Source of the DNA: Eledone cirrhosa
Lineage: Eukaryota
Direction: 5' to 3'
Assembly (NCBI GenBank): GCA_964016885.1
Contig: OZ024742.1
Span: 367,412,001-367,476,000 of the forward strand
DNA length: 64,000 nucleotides
Under the pieces are notes generated by a model that was not told where the DNA came from, searched no databases, and was given only the letters and a program-made list of their open reading frames with translations. Both the position numbers and the translations under genes were made by a program. Shown here piece after piece: positions 23,201-35,797 of this stretch (its first letter is position 1; the number at the start of each line of letters is the position of its first letter).

Positions 23201-26200
23201 TCGGTAGAGGGTCGGGCACCTTGCTTGGGTGGTGGATTGGCAGTGTCGTTAGAGGGTCGGGAACCTTGCTAGGGTGGTGGATTGGCACAGTCGGTAGAGG
23301 GTCGGGCACCTTATTAGGGTGGTGGATTGGCAGGGTCGGTAGAGGGTCGGGCACCTTGCTAGGGTGGTGGATTGGCAGTGTCGTTAGAGGGTCGGGCACC
23401 TTGCTAGGGTGGTGGATTGGCAGTGTCATTAGAGGGTCGGGCAACTTGCTAGCGTGGTGGATTGGCAGAGTCGGTAGAGGGTCGGGCACCTTGCTAGGGT
23501 GGTGGATTGGCAGTGTCCTTAGAGAGTCAGGCACCTTGCTAGGGTGGTGGATTGGCAGAGTCGGTAGACGGTCGGGCACCTTGCTAGGGTGGGGGATTGG
23601 CAGAGTCGGTAGAGGGTCGGGCAACTTGCTAGGGTGGTGGATTGGCAGTGTCGTTAGAGGGTCGGGCACCTTGCTAGGGTGGTGGATTGGCAGAGTCGGT
23701 AGACGGTCGGGCACCTTGCTAGGGTGTGGGATTGGCAGAGTCGGTAGAGGGTCGGGCACCTTGCTAGGGTGGTGGATTGGCAGTGTCGGTAGAGGGTCGG
23801 GCACCTTGCTAGGGTGGTGGATTGGCAGTGTCGGTAGAGGGTCGGGCACCTTGCTAGGGTGGTGGATTGGCAGTGTCGTTAGAGGGTCGGGCACCTTGCT
23901 AGGGTGGTGGATTGGCAGTGTCGGTAGAGGGTCGGGCACCTTGCTAGGGTGCTGGATTGGCAGTGTCGGTAGAGGGTCGGGCACCTTGCTAGGGTGGTGG
24001 ATTGGCAGAGTCGGTAGAGGGTCGGGCACCTTGCTAGGATGGTGGATTGGCAGTGTCGGTAGAGGGTCGGGCACCTTGCTAGCGTTGTGGATTGGCAGTG
24101 TTGTTAGAGGGTCGGGCACCTTGCTAGGGTGGTGGATTGGCAGAGTCGGTAGACGGTCGAGCACCTTGCTAGGGTGGTGGATTGGCAGAGTCGGTAGAGG
24201 GTCGGGCACCTTGCTAGCGTGGTGGATTGGCAGTGTCGTTAGAGGGTCGGGCACCTTGCTAGGGTGCTGGAATGGCAGTGTCGGTAGAGGGTCGGGCACC
24301 TTGCTAGGGTGGTGGATTGGCAGAGTCGGTAGAGGGTCGGGCACCTTGCTAGGATGGTGGATTGGCAGTGTCGGTAGAGGGTCGGGCACCTTGCTAGGGT
24401 GGTGGATTGGCAGTGTCGGTAGAGGGTCGGGCACCTTGCTAGGGTGGTGGATTGGCAGAGTCGGTAGAGGGTCGGGCACCTTGCTAGGGTGGTGGATTGG
24501 CAGTGTCGGTAGAGGGTCGGGCACCTTGCTAGGGTGGTGGATCGGCAGTGTCGGTAGAGGGTCGGGCACCTTGCTAGGGTGGTGGATTGGCAGAGTCGGT
24601 AGAGGGTCGGGCACCTTATTAGGGTGGTGGATTGGCAGAGTCGGTAGAGGGTCGGGCACCTTGCTAGCGTTGTGGATTGGCAGTGTTGTTAGAGGGTCGG
24701 GCACCTTGCTAGGGTGGTGGATTGGCAGAGTCGGTAGACGGTCGGGCACCTTGCTAGGGTGGTGGATTGGCAGAGTCGGTAGAGGGTCGGGCACCTTGCT
24801 AGCGTGGTGGATTGGCAGTGTCGTTAGAGGGTCGGGCACCTTGCTAGGGTGGTGGATTGGTAGTGACGGTAGAGGGTCGGGCACCTTGCTAGGGTGGTGG
24901 ATTGGCAATGTCGTTAGAGGGTCGGGCACCTTGCTAGGGTGGTGGATTGGTAGTGACGGTAGAGGGTCGGGCACCTTGCTAGGGTGGTGGATTGGCAGTC
25001 TCGTTAGAGGGTCGGGCACATGCAATGGTGGTGGATTGGCAGTGTCGGTAGAGGATCTTGCACCTTGCTAGGGTGGTGGATTGGCAGTGTCATTAGAGGG
25101 TCGGGCAACTTGCTAGCGTGGTGGATTGGCAGAGTCGGTAGAGGGTCGGGCACCTTGCTAGGGTGGTGGATTGGCAGTGTCATTAGAGGGTCGGGCAACT
25201 TGCTAGCGTGGTGGATTGGCAGAGTCGGTAGAGGGTCGGGCACCTTGCTAGGGTGGTGGATTGGCAGTGTCATTAGAGGGTCGGGCACCTTGCTAGGGTG
25301 GTGGATTGGCAGTGTCATTAGAGGGTCGGGCACCTTGCTAGGGTGGTGGATTGGCAGTTTCGGTAGAGGGTCGGGCAACTTGCTAGGGTGGTGGATTGGC
25401 ATAGTCGGTAGAGGGTCGGGCACCTTGCTAGGGTGGTGGATTGGCAGTGTCATTAGAGGGTCGGGCAACTTGCTAGCGTGGTGGATTGGCAGAGTCGGTA
25501 GAGGGTCGGGCACCTTGCTAGGGTGGTGGATTGGCAGTGTCATTAGAGGGTCGGGCAACTTGCTAGCGTGGTGGATTGGCAGAGTCGGTAGAGGGTCGGG
25601 CACCTTGCTAGGGTGGTGGATTGGCAGTGTCATTAGAGGGTCGGGCACCTTGCTAGGGTGGTGGATTGGCAGTGTCATTAGAGGGTCGGGCACCTTGCTA
25701 GGGTGGTGGATTGGCAGTTTCGGTAGAGGGTCGGGCAACTTGCTAGGGTGGTGGATTGGCATAGTCGGTAGAGGGTCGGGCACCTTGCTAGGGTGGTGGA
25801 TTGGCAGTGTCATTAGAGGGTCGGGCACCTTGCTAGGGTGGTGGATTGGCAGTTTCGGTAGAGGGTCGGGCACCTTGCTAGGGTGGTGGATTGGCATAGT
25901 CGGTAGACGGTCGGGCACCTTGCTAGGGTGGTGGATTGGCAATGCCGGTAGAGGGTCGGGCACCTTGCTAGGGTGGTGGATTGGTAGTGACGGTAGAGGG
26001 TCGGGCACCTTGCTAGGGTGGTGGATTGGCAATGTCGGTAGAGGGTCGGGCACCATGTTAGGGTGGTGGATTGGCAGAGTCGGTAGACGGTAGGGCACCT
26101 TGCTAGGGTGGTGGATTGGCAGTGTCGGTAGAGGGCCGGGCAGCTTGCTAGGGTGGTGTATTGGCAGTATCGTTAGAGGGTCGGGCACCTTGCTAGGGTG

Positions 26201-26452
26201 GTGGATTGGCTGTGTCGTTAGAGGGTCGGGCACCTTGCTAGGGTGGTGGATTGGCAATGTCGGTAGAGGGTCGGGGACCATGTTAGGGTGGTGGATTGGC
26301 AGAGTCGGTAGAGGGTCGGGCACCATGTTAGGATGGTGGATTGGCAGAGTCGGTAGAGGGTCGGGCACCATGTTACGGTGGTGGATTGGCAGAGTCGGTA
26401 GACGGTCGGGCACCTTGCTAGGTTGGTGGATTGGCAGAGTTGGTAGAGGGTC
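8287..26452 (+). repeat. 45-bp satellite array (~400 monomers) derived from the SINE 5' head
   Basis: Monomer gggtggtggattggcagWgtcgKtagagggtcgggcaccttgcta; 38/43 identity to SINE head ggcggtggattggcagtatcggtagagggtcggacgccatgct (consensus of 41998-42040 and rc 37031-37073). Confidence 0.97.
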
Positions 26453-26650
26453 GTAAAAGATAAATAGAAATAACATCACAATCGGTACAGTATATGGAAG
26501 GGATATACTAGGTTAACGCTTGGTATAGCAGGAAGAGGGTCTTAACGTTTCGGATGCTAGTCCTTCATTAGAAGAAAGAATGAGAAATAAGATAGATTGA
26601 AGGGACGGGCGGTTTCGAATTGGAAAAAATGTCTTTAGATGAAAATAGCA
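26453..26650 (-). mobile_element. PLE terminal-repeat fragment with minimal HHR (26540-26575)
   Basis: Homolog of 4920-5119; tctt-CTAATGA-a-gga..tcc-GAAAC-GTT-aaga (core G5 mutated in this copy). Confidence 0.65.
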
Positions 26651-26678
26651 GGTCTATTCATGTTGACATCTCTTGCAA

Positions 26679-26709
<31 letters not shown>

Positions 26710-26732
26710 TGTATGTATGTATGTATGTATGT

Positions 26733-27427
26733 ATGTCGGGTCACTCTTGAGTGCTCCTGGTAACACGTAACCCAGTAAAACCTGTCGCATGGTCGGGTTG
26801 TCGGCGACTTAACCGGCAACCCCACCAAGTTTACTTGGTGAGAAGGGTGATTTTGGACACCCTGCAGGACAAAAAACAAAACCTGACAAAGGGCGGAAGA
26901 ACTCATAAGAGTCAATGGCCACCCAAAAGTGTGTAAATATGTATATACACATGTGTATATACATATGTGTATATACATGGGTGCATGTGTATGTATATGT
27001 AAATATGTATATACACATGTACATATGTATGTATATGTATATGTGTATATACATGTGTACATGTGTATTTATATGCGCGGGGACATATAAATAGTCGGGC
27101 TGGACACCCGATCGTGCGGTTAAACCACTGGGAGTGAAGGATCCCTAGCCTTTGTCAGGGCATTCTTCTACGAGAAGGTAACTTAGGAAACTGGGATGAC
27201 TCCGATATAAAACCTGCGGCTCAGTAGTTACCGATGATGTTGATATTTTCTTCTTTTCAGGTTATAGCTACTGTCGCTCAGAGAGTGGGATTGGCTCAGT
27301 GCACAGTCTTTCCTCACTTTAAAAAATATCTTCACGCACAGGCATTGCACGATAGAATTAATTAATAATTATTAATAATGGTATATCGTGCAATGGCCAT
27401 ATTCGATAACGAGGGGGCAGCCATCAT
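26733..27427 (+). mobile_element. Non-coding bipartite RTE-related element, interrupted by a microsatellite at ~26928-27075
   Basis: Colinear with 35798-36407; 3' end tatcgtgcaatggccatattcgataacgagggggcagccatc nearly identical to the RTE LINE tail at 31563-31603. Confidence 0.7.
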
Positions 27428-27623
27428 GTATATATATAGCTTAATGTGTTGTAACCTTATGGAACTGTTGGCCCACCAGCTTGAGCACTCGATGTTGGGT
27501 CAGTTTGTGGTGCTGTACATTTGGTGTTCTACTATGGTCAGTTTTCTTTATAAACAGAGTGAAATATTAAGTTGTCACAGTATCATCATTAAGTTTATTC
27601 AGGTGTGACGCGCGTTTCGCGAT

Positions 27624-27766
27624 TGATCAGCTCACGGTTCGATCTCTATCAATCGCACACGACTCTAAAATCAAAAGCTCTAAAAAAAACCAAGAGTTTG
27701 ATGAGCTATTTATTCCAATGTTGAGCCCGATCGATACAGATCGAACCTTGAGATTGTGAGTTATCA
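27624..27766. mobile_element. Small MITE-like inverted repeat
   Basis: 27636-27655 vs 27728-27747 are 18/20 inverted; outer tgatcagctcac/gtgagttatca. Confidence 0.45.
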
Positions 27767-27829
27767 GTTTAAATTAGTTATACCATTGTTCAGCTTAGTA
27801 CTCAATACCTATATCTGGGGCAGCCCATT

Positions 27830-28054
27830 TCAGGTTTGGACACATCTGATTTCTTTTAGAGAATAAGAGAAAGACAGAAAGGGCAAGCGAGAAAGACATG
27901 TAGAGGAAGCAGTGACCCCTATACTGAACTGGTACTTTATTTATCGACCGCAAATGGATGACTGGTAAATTTTAACTCGGCAGTAACTTGGCAAGTTGTC
28001 GGAATGCTGTGAAAGCATTCTATTCCATCTTCTAACAATCCCGCCAATTCACCA
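27830..28054 (-). mobile_element. Diverged tRNA-derived SINE
   Basis: ctggtactttatttatcgacc core and gccaattcacc head, reverse orientation. Confidence 0.7.
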
Positions 28055-28113
28055 ACAACTAATGTTATACACTTGTTTATTTTAGCATATCATACAAATC
28101 ATACACCATTACG

Positions 28114-28177
<64 letters not shown>

Positions 28178-28730
28178 GTTTCTCTCCCTTTCTCTCTCTC
28201 TCTCCCTCTCTCTTTCTTTCTCTCCCTCTCCCTCTCTCTTTCTCTGTTTCTCTCTCTCTCTCTCCCTCTCTGTTATTTCCCTTTCTTTGCATTCTTTCCA
28301 TTTCTCTTTGTATATCCCTCTCTTTCTTTCTCTCTCACACACTCTCTCTCTCCCTCTCTCCCTCCCACCTCCTCTCTCTATATATATATTCTATCCTATT
28401 GTATTTCCCATACAATTATTCCAATGATATTCATTCTAACAAATGACCAAATCTACAAACTATTCAATTAGAGATATTTTCAGTGAGCTGCGAGCTGGAA
28501 TATATATACATTACATTATATTATATTGGCCATTCCTCATCTTCCATTTACTTCGGTATTCCATTTTTTTTTTTTTTGGGGGGGGGGGGTTCTTTATTTC
28601 TTTCGCTAGTTAATTGCTTGCATTTTATTAATGCATGTTTTCCTTTTATGCACACACACACGTATGAATGTATATACATACATATATACATACATACATA
28701 TATACATACATACATACATACATACATACA

Positions 28731-28794
<64 letters not shown>

Positions 28795-28815
28795 CATATA
28801 TCTGTACACACATAA

Positions 28816-28864
<49 letters not shown>

Positions 28865-29020
28865 AGGGTGTTGTAGTTTGTTTGAAGTATTGTGTTAATG
28901 GATAAAGCAGTATGTTATTTGAAGGCTATGACAATACAAAATGGCGTTAGATTCTGGAATAAATTGAAGTCAACAATGATGTTGTTGTGTTACCTGTTAT
29001 TTTATTTACCTGTCCTAATA

Positions 29021-29060
29021 TTTCGATATTTCGGCTCTGAAATCCCTTCGTCAGAAGACT
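29021..29060 (-). ncRNA. Degenerate minimal hammerhead motif
   Basis: tctt-CTGACGA-a-gg...cc-GAAAT-ATC-gaaa; stems I and II weak. Confidence 0.35.
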
Positions 29061-29951
29061 ATAATAAGGAACTAGATCGAAGATCGTAGTGTTGTTGTTG
29101 TCACCGGCTCGTCGTTGCATCCCCCGAAAGAGCTGCTAATCCGCTCAACACTCCGCCGATGCCTGTTACTATTCAGGTAAACAGTGCAGCGACGTTAAGA
29201 TAAGAATTGTGCCGCCTACGTGTATGTTTGTGACTATGTACTTCTCAACGGTCAAGTCTTGAGCAACTTACCAGCTCTTTTGCGGGGATACATGCTCACC
29301 CATACCAGAGGGGTAAAGTCTAGAATAAGTAACCTAAATAAAGCCCGTTCAGTGCTCAAACTGGCCAGCAGCCATGGTTGGTGGTGGTTCCTATTAGCAG
29401 AGAATTCGTTGAAGATATGGCGGTCTTCTGTAAAGAAGTGACAGTTAAGATATATGTATGTATGTATATATGTATCAACGTATGTATGAATGCATGTATG
29501 TATGTGTGTATGTAAGCATGTATGTGTGTATGTAAGCATGTATGTTTGTATGTATGTATGTTTGAATGTATGTATGCATGTGTATATGTATGTGTGTATG
29601 TAAGCATGTATGTATGTTTGAATGTATGCATGCATGTGCATATGTATGTATGTGTGTATGTATGTGTGTATGTAAGCATGTATGTATGCATGTATGTATG
29701 TATGTGTGTGTGTATGTATGTGTGTATGTAAGCATGTATGTGTGTATGTATGAATGTATGTATGCATGTGTGTATGTGTGTATGTGTGTATGTATGTATG
29801 TATGTATGTATGTATGTATGTATGCATGTATGTACGTATGGATGTATGTATATATGTATGTATGTATGTGTATGTATGCATACATGTATGTATGTATGTA
29901 TGTATGTATGTATGTATGTATGTATGTATGTATGTATGTATGTATGTATGT

Positions 29952-31121
29952 ATTGCGATCTTGTAGCGCACACAGAGAGTGATATGCAGCACATTTTGAA
30001 TGCATTTCTGACGCTTGCACTGCCCTAGGATTGACTGTCAGTCTCAAGAAAACCGTCGTCATGTACCAACCTGCCCCTGGTAAGCAGTACACTGAACCAA
30101 ACATCTATGTGTATGGCAAACGACTTGGAGTATTGATCAGTTTGTCTACCTGGGAAGCACTGTTAATCGATACAGCAACCTTGACAGTGAAATCTCACTT
30201 AGGATTAGGAAAGCAAGTGATGCTTTCGGAAAGCTAGAAAGGCGACTCTGGGGTCGGCGAGACATATGCAGGAGGACAAAGGTAAAGATGTACAGGGCAT
30301 GTGTGCTCTCTTGTCTTCTTTATGCCTGCGAGACCTGGGTCACATATCGACACCACCTTAAGCAATTGGAGCGTTTCCATCAGATGTGTCTCAGACGGAT
30401 CCATGGCGTTCACTGGAGGGACCACATCAGTGATGTCGAGATTTTGGAAAGCTCTATGTGTGACAGTGTAGAAGCTCTTGTGCTTAAGCAACGACTCCAT
30501 TGGAGTGGTCACCTTGCCAGGATGAAGGATTCTAGAATACCAAAACAACTCTTTTATGGAGAGTTGGTTAAAGGAAAACGACCGCCACATAAACCAAAAA
30601 AGAGGTATAAGGATTCCTTGAAAGCCTCTCTGAAAGACGCTAACATCTCTGCTGATACTTGGGAAAATATTGCTCCTGGTCGTAATAAATGGAGAAAGAC
30701 TGTATATGAGGGAAAAGTTGCCTTTGAGGCATCTCGAATCGCATACGAGAAAGTAAAGCGGGATGTGAGGAAGGGCATTGCTGTTGCACTTCCAGACGGC
30801 GAGGGTCCTCCTATGGTGCTGACATGCAGCGTATGTGCGAGACTCTGCCTAAGCAAAGCTGGACTCGAAAGTCATCTTCGCAGTCATAAAGTAAGACCAG
30901 TGGTTGACTACCAGGCTGCTGTTGGAGATGCTACTCATCATGCTTGCCAAACATGTGGTAGAGAATGTAAATCAGCAGGAGGGCTCAAGCGACATGCAAA
31001 AGTGCACGAACTCCAACCACAGCCGACTATTCCCAGTGAATGTTTTGGTTGCCGACTCTGTGCAAGACATTTTAGATCATTGGCTGGGCTAAAAAGCCAC
31101 ATTCGATCGCAGCGCTGTTAG
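29952..31121 (+). pseudogene. 5'-truncated RTE-clade LINE: RT C-terminal part and three C2H2-like zinc fingers
   Basis: CDLVAHTESDMQ, GLTVSLKKT, YLGS, LLYACETW, WSGHLARM..RIPKQLFYGEL; CxxC..H..H fingers; frameshifts upstream of ORF 30288-31121. Confidence 0.9.
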
Positions 31122-31258
31122 TTACTATCGTGTGTGTGTGTGTGTATAGATATGTTTATGTGTGTGCGTGTGTGTGTATATATATATGTATATGTATATT
31201 ATTATTGTTGTTGTCATTATTATTGTTGTTATTATTATTATTATTATTGTTATTAATG

Positions 31259-31327
<69 letters not shown>

Positions 31328-31435
31328 GTGTATATATATATTTGTCCCCCACCAACACCCCACTCTCCAGAGCGTGAAATTAATAAACATTCGTTGTACT
31401 GCCTCTCTGTTTTGTCCCTGTTCAAATTTTTCCAT

Positions 31436-31478
<43 letters not shown>

Positions 31479-31562
31479 CTTTTTTTTAAATTTATTTATT
31501 AATTTCTTTTTATTTATTTATTTATTTTATTTTATTTTATTTTATTTATTTTTGTTATCTCC

Positions 31563-31603
31563 TCGTGCAATGGCCATACTCGATAACGAGAGGGCAGCCA
31601 TCT
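31563..31603 (+). mobile_element. Displaced 3' tail of the RTE LINE followed by (TGTA)n
   Basis: tcgtg duplicated at 31128-31132 and 31563-31567 around a microsatellite-rich insert. Confidence 0.6.
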
Positions 31604-31899
31604 TGTATGTATGTGTGTATATATGTATGCATGTATGTATATATGAATGTATGTGTGTATGTGTGTATGTATGTATGTATGTATATATGTATGTATGTAT
31701 GTATGTATGAATGTATGTATGTATGTATGTTTATATGTATGTATGTGCTTCTGGTTTTATAATTTCACAAAGTTTTACCAATAGAGAGAGAGTCGATTTC
31801 TAACATAGATACAAGACACTCTGATTGGAATTTCCACAACATCAACTATGTAGATATGTATGTATGCATGCATGTGTAGATATGGATGTTATTGTATGT

Positions 31900-34800
31900 G
31901 TGGATGTGTATGTTTTGAGTTGTATGCGTGCACAATTTTTTGCTAATTTCCATTACTGTGCATGCTTTCTTCTCCCTGTCCCATATCATAATATCTGGTC
32001 TGTTATGCCTGCATTTTATTGGGATTTTTACTGGAACATTCCACCAGTACTCTTTCATATTATGTACATGGATGCCTTCCACATTGCTGTAGCTTTTAAT
32101 GTGTTTATTATTGGGGCTATCTTTTTTACGAACTGCATTGTACAGTGTTTTGACCACTACATCATGCCTCATAGGTAGATAGTACCGCGATGACATCTTT
32201 GGACAGCTGCTAATGACATGGGTGATATACTCGATGTTAGTTCTGCAGAGTCTGCACTTGTTATCACATCTAGGTGTTTTGCCTGCATCCCTATCTCTTT
32301 TGTGAATCAGGTATTTCGTGTTAATCTCCTGTTCTTGGATTGCAAAAGCGTATCCTTCAAAGTGGGAGCCAATATAGCGGTTGTTGGTCCAAGATAAACT
32401 ACTTTCCTTATCTATATTACTCTCACTCTGGAGCTTCCTGGCAACATATCCAGGCATGATTTTTTGCTGATAATCATGCAGTTTTTCATCCATGGATTCA
32501 CTGCGATACTACTGAGCGACATCCCTGGGTGTGAGTTTTTGATTATCACACAGGGAATATCTCTCGAGGAGTTCCTTCCCAACTCTCATGATCTTATCTG
32601 TTTCATGCAAATAGACTTGCTCGAGAAACGGGCTCCTACGCTTCGAGGTTCGTAGATGTTGTCGGAGAGATATGATACGACATTCAAATGTTGTCTGGAC
32701 TGATGTTAGTCCTCTGCCTCCCTGCTTACCTTTCAAGTAAAGGTGGTCTATGTCACTGTTGATGTGGAAGTTTCCGGTGTTGTTTAGTATTTTTCGAGTT
32801 ACAACATCAACTGCTCGGATTTCGTCTATCATCCAACTGAGTATTCCAAATGTTGGTGTTAGGACAGGCACAGTAAACACATTGTTAGCCACTGTTTTGT
32901 TTTGCGCAGAGAGTTCCGATGACCAGATCTTTCTTAATCGAGTATAGTATAGTATTCTTTGGTTATGCGTTCTTTATTACAGATACCATTATAGGATATG
33001 TTCTCATCTATCCCCAGGTATCTGTAGCAGTCCTCATCAGATATCGGTGAAACAGTTAGGCCATTGATGACAATGTTGCTAGATTGGGTTGTTGTTTTTC
33101 CCCGCTTTACAGTCATGTATGAGTATTTATCTTGGCCAAACTCCATTCCTATATCCTTTGAGAACGTTGTAACCATGTCAAGATTTTTCTTCATCCCATC
33201 CATGTTCTTGGCATAGAGTTTCAAATCGTCCACAGAGAAATTATGGGTTAGGTTCGTATTTCTGTCCTCCTGTGAGCCAATGATGTATCCCTCACATTTG
33301 TTGAGCAGAATGGACAAGGGGTTTAATGACAAGATGAATAATATCACAGAGAGACTGTCCCCCTGAAATATACCCCTGTGATATTTTATTTTATCAGTGA
33401 AAATAGAGTCCTCCCTCTCTGTATTTAACCTTAGGATAGTAGCCCAAGAAGAAGACAGCCTCTCTATGGCTCTGACAATAATGTCTGGGACTTTAGCAAG
33501 TTGGAGGGCTTCTATCATCCAAGAGTGGGGAACAGAATCGAAAGCTTTCCTGTAGTCCAGCCAGACTGTAGCCATATTCGCACCTCCGACATCGCAGTTT
33601 TGTTGATTAGGAGTTGTTCAGCACATCCCAAACCCCTTTCTTTCCAGCTGCTTGTTCATCTGTGATGATGTTATTATTTTCACAGTGATCTTGGAGGAAT
33701 AGTCTCAGGCAGGCTGTATATATCTTATACATCATGTTCTGGCATGCAATGGGTCGGTAGTTTTTTGCCAGTGGGTGTCTTTGTTCTTGGGGACCAGTAA
33801 TGTTTGTGCTAAGGTCAACCATTCTGGTATAAGTATATCTCCCTTAAGAACTTGTTGGTAGAGGTCAGTAAGATACCTCCGATAGAATATCAGTTTTTTG
33901 TACCAGTAGCTGACATTCATGTCTCTTCCTGGTGTTTTCTTATCTTGGAGTTTTCCTATCACAGTCTCAAGGGTACCCTCACTTATTTCGTATGTTTTTG
34001 TTGTAGTGTAGGAGCAATAGTTCTTTCAGATTTCTCTTAGCCACACTGCATCTTGGTTGAAATTCTTCTTTTCACCCCATATTTTGCTCCAAAAGGAATA
34101 TTATTTTGCCCTTCATATCTCTATAGACTGATGTTTGGTTTTGTCTGAATCTTTTATTAAGCACTTTTCTCTCATCTACCTTCTTCGGGTATTGGCGGTT
34201 TCCGCTAACAGCTATCAATCCTTGTTTCAGGGTGATCAGCTTATATTGGAGACTTCTGGTTCTACTGTTACCAAACATCGTCTCTATTTTATTTTTCACT
34301 CTTTGTTGGTGAGGAGTGGGGTTTTTTTTGTGTTTGTTTGCATGTAAGGAGCATTGTCACATATATATGTTTTTTCGTAGATCAGCATTCTTTTTTTCTA
34401 TTTTAGTTATATATGATGGTATTTTTAGTGGTGTTTTGTTCTTGTTAATATCTGTTATCACCCAGATAATGCTTCACTGTCGTTGCTAGGGCATATAAAC
34501 AGGCGTTGATTTGCCAAAATGTTGGGGTTTTTATCCGTCGTAAATATTCATCCCCTATTTCGTCAATAACACGTAGTATTTCATTATTTGTTTTTTTATT
34601 AAACATTGTCGTTTTAACACGTTCAACCAGAGAGATATTTATACATGAGTTAATTTCTCTCTGGAAGATTTCGCTGAGGGAAAATTTCAATTGTTTATAC
34701 TTTTGATTATCATTATCGATAGTATTTTCCACAGCAGTCGAAGTAGACTCGGATGGTACACGTGGTGTCAAATTTCTTCGATTATTATTATTATTTCTTC

Positions 34801-35512
34801 GATTATTATTATTATCGATAGTGTTTTCCCCAGCATTCGAGGTAGACTTAGATAGTACAGGTGGTGTCAAGTTTCTTACAGGCATAGTTATTTCAAGACG
34901 CTGTTCGATCTGGCTGCTAGGAAGTCAAGTAGCATGGCGATCTGTAGCACGTGTTGTTGATCCCATTTTTGTTGTGGGGGACTTACAATTAATAATATTT
35001 ATCTTATTTTTACGTTCAACAAACGTCGCTTGTTGGCGTAATTGTTTCGCTGTGAAATAATTTAGCTATGGGAGCATTTCGCCACAGTGTAGCTTCATTC
35101 TGTTCATATAGCCAATGGAGAGATTATTTTTTGCCATTTTATAACAATTAAATAAATCATTATTAAGTTCGCAACTCCAAGAGAAATGCGGTTTATAATT
35201 TCGGTTTCTTCTGTAGCTACAACTGAATAAAGTTTGTTTACCTTCCTTGTTATTTGTCTTCGGTACTTCCTTAATTTTGTTGTTGATGCTGTGTTCAGCC
35301 ATGCTGTTTGTAGCAAATCCTTGTAAAATCAATTATGTATTTAGTCGGATATCTCTACGAATTCGAATAAAAGATGTCTTCAGAAGATATAGTTAGAAGA
35401 ATAACCAGTTATTCAACCTGGCTGTAGTTGTGGCATTACTGTCGGAGATAGTATTCATCTTAAATTTAATAAATAGTCTCCCACGCCAAAATATGCGACT
35501 GATCACGTTGAC
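31900..35512 (-). mobile_element. R4/Dong-like non-LTR retrotransposon (RT, CCHC, restriction-like endonuclease), frameshifted, 3'-truncated
   Basis: YRPIAC, WLDYRKAFDSVPH, GIFQGDSLS, FSVDDLK, YRYLG, CRLC..EYITHVISSC, RHD, RPDI; flanked by (TACA)n-type repeats. Confidence 0.9.
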
Positions 35513-35797
35513 TGTATGTATGTATGTATGTATGTATGCATGTATGTATGTATGAATGTATATAAGTATGTATGAATGTATGCATGTATGTGTGCGTGTA
35601 TGTATGCATGTATGTATCTATGCATATGTGTATGTATGTATGTATGTATGTATGTATGTATGTATGTATGTATGTATGTATGCATGCATGCATGCATGTA
35701 TGTATGTATGTGTGTATGCATGTGTGTATCTATGTATGTATGTATGTATGTATGTATGTATGTATGTATGTATGTATGTATGTATGTATGTATGTAT

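Noticed and set aside
8287-26452. CRISPR array or telomeric repeat
   Set aside because: No unique spacers or cas genes, eukaryotic context; ctaggg/ttagaggg are isolated within the monomer, not tandem TTAGGG
8274-26479. Giant ORFs on both strands ((PDPLPTLPIHHPSKV)n and (LGWWIGSVVRGSGTL)n, up to 1266 aa) as a His/Pro-rich structural protein
   Set aside because: A 45-nt unit keeps frame automatically; in the minus frame only the AAG codon is one step from a stop; many variants are non-synonymous; about a dozen frameshifts; the unit is explained by the SINE head
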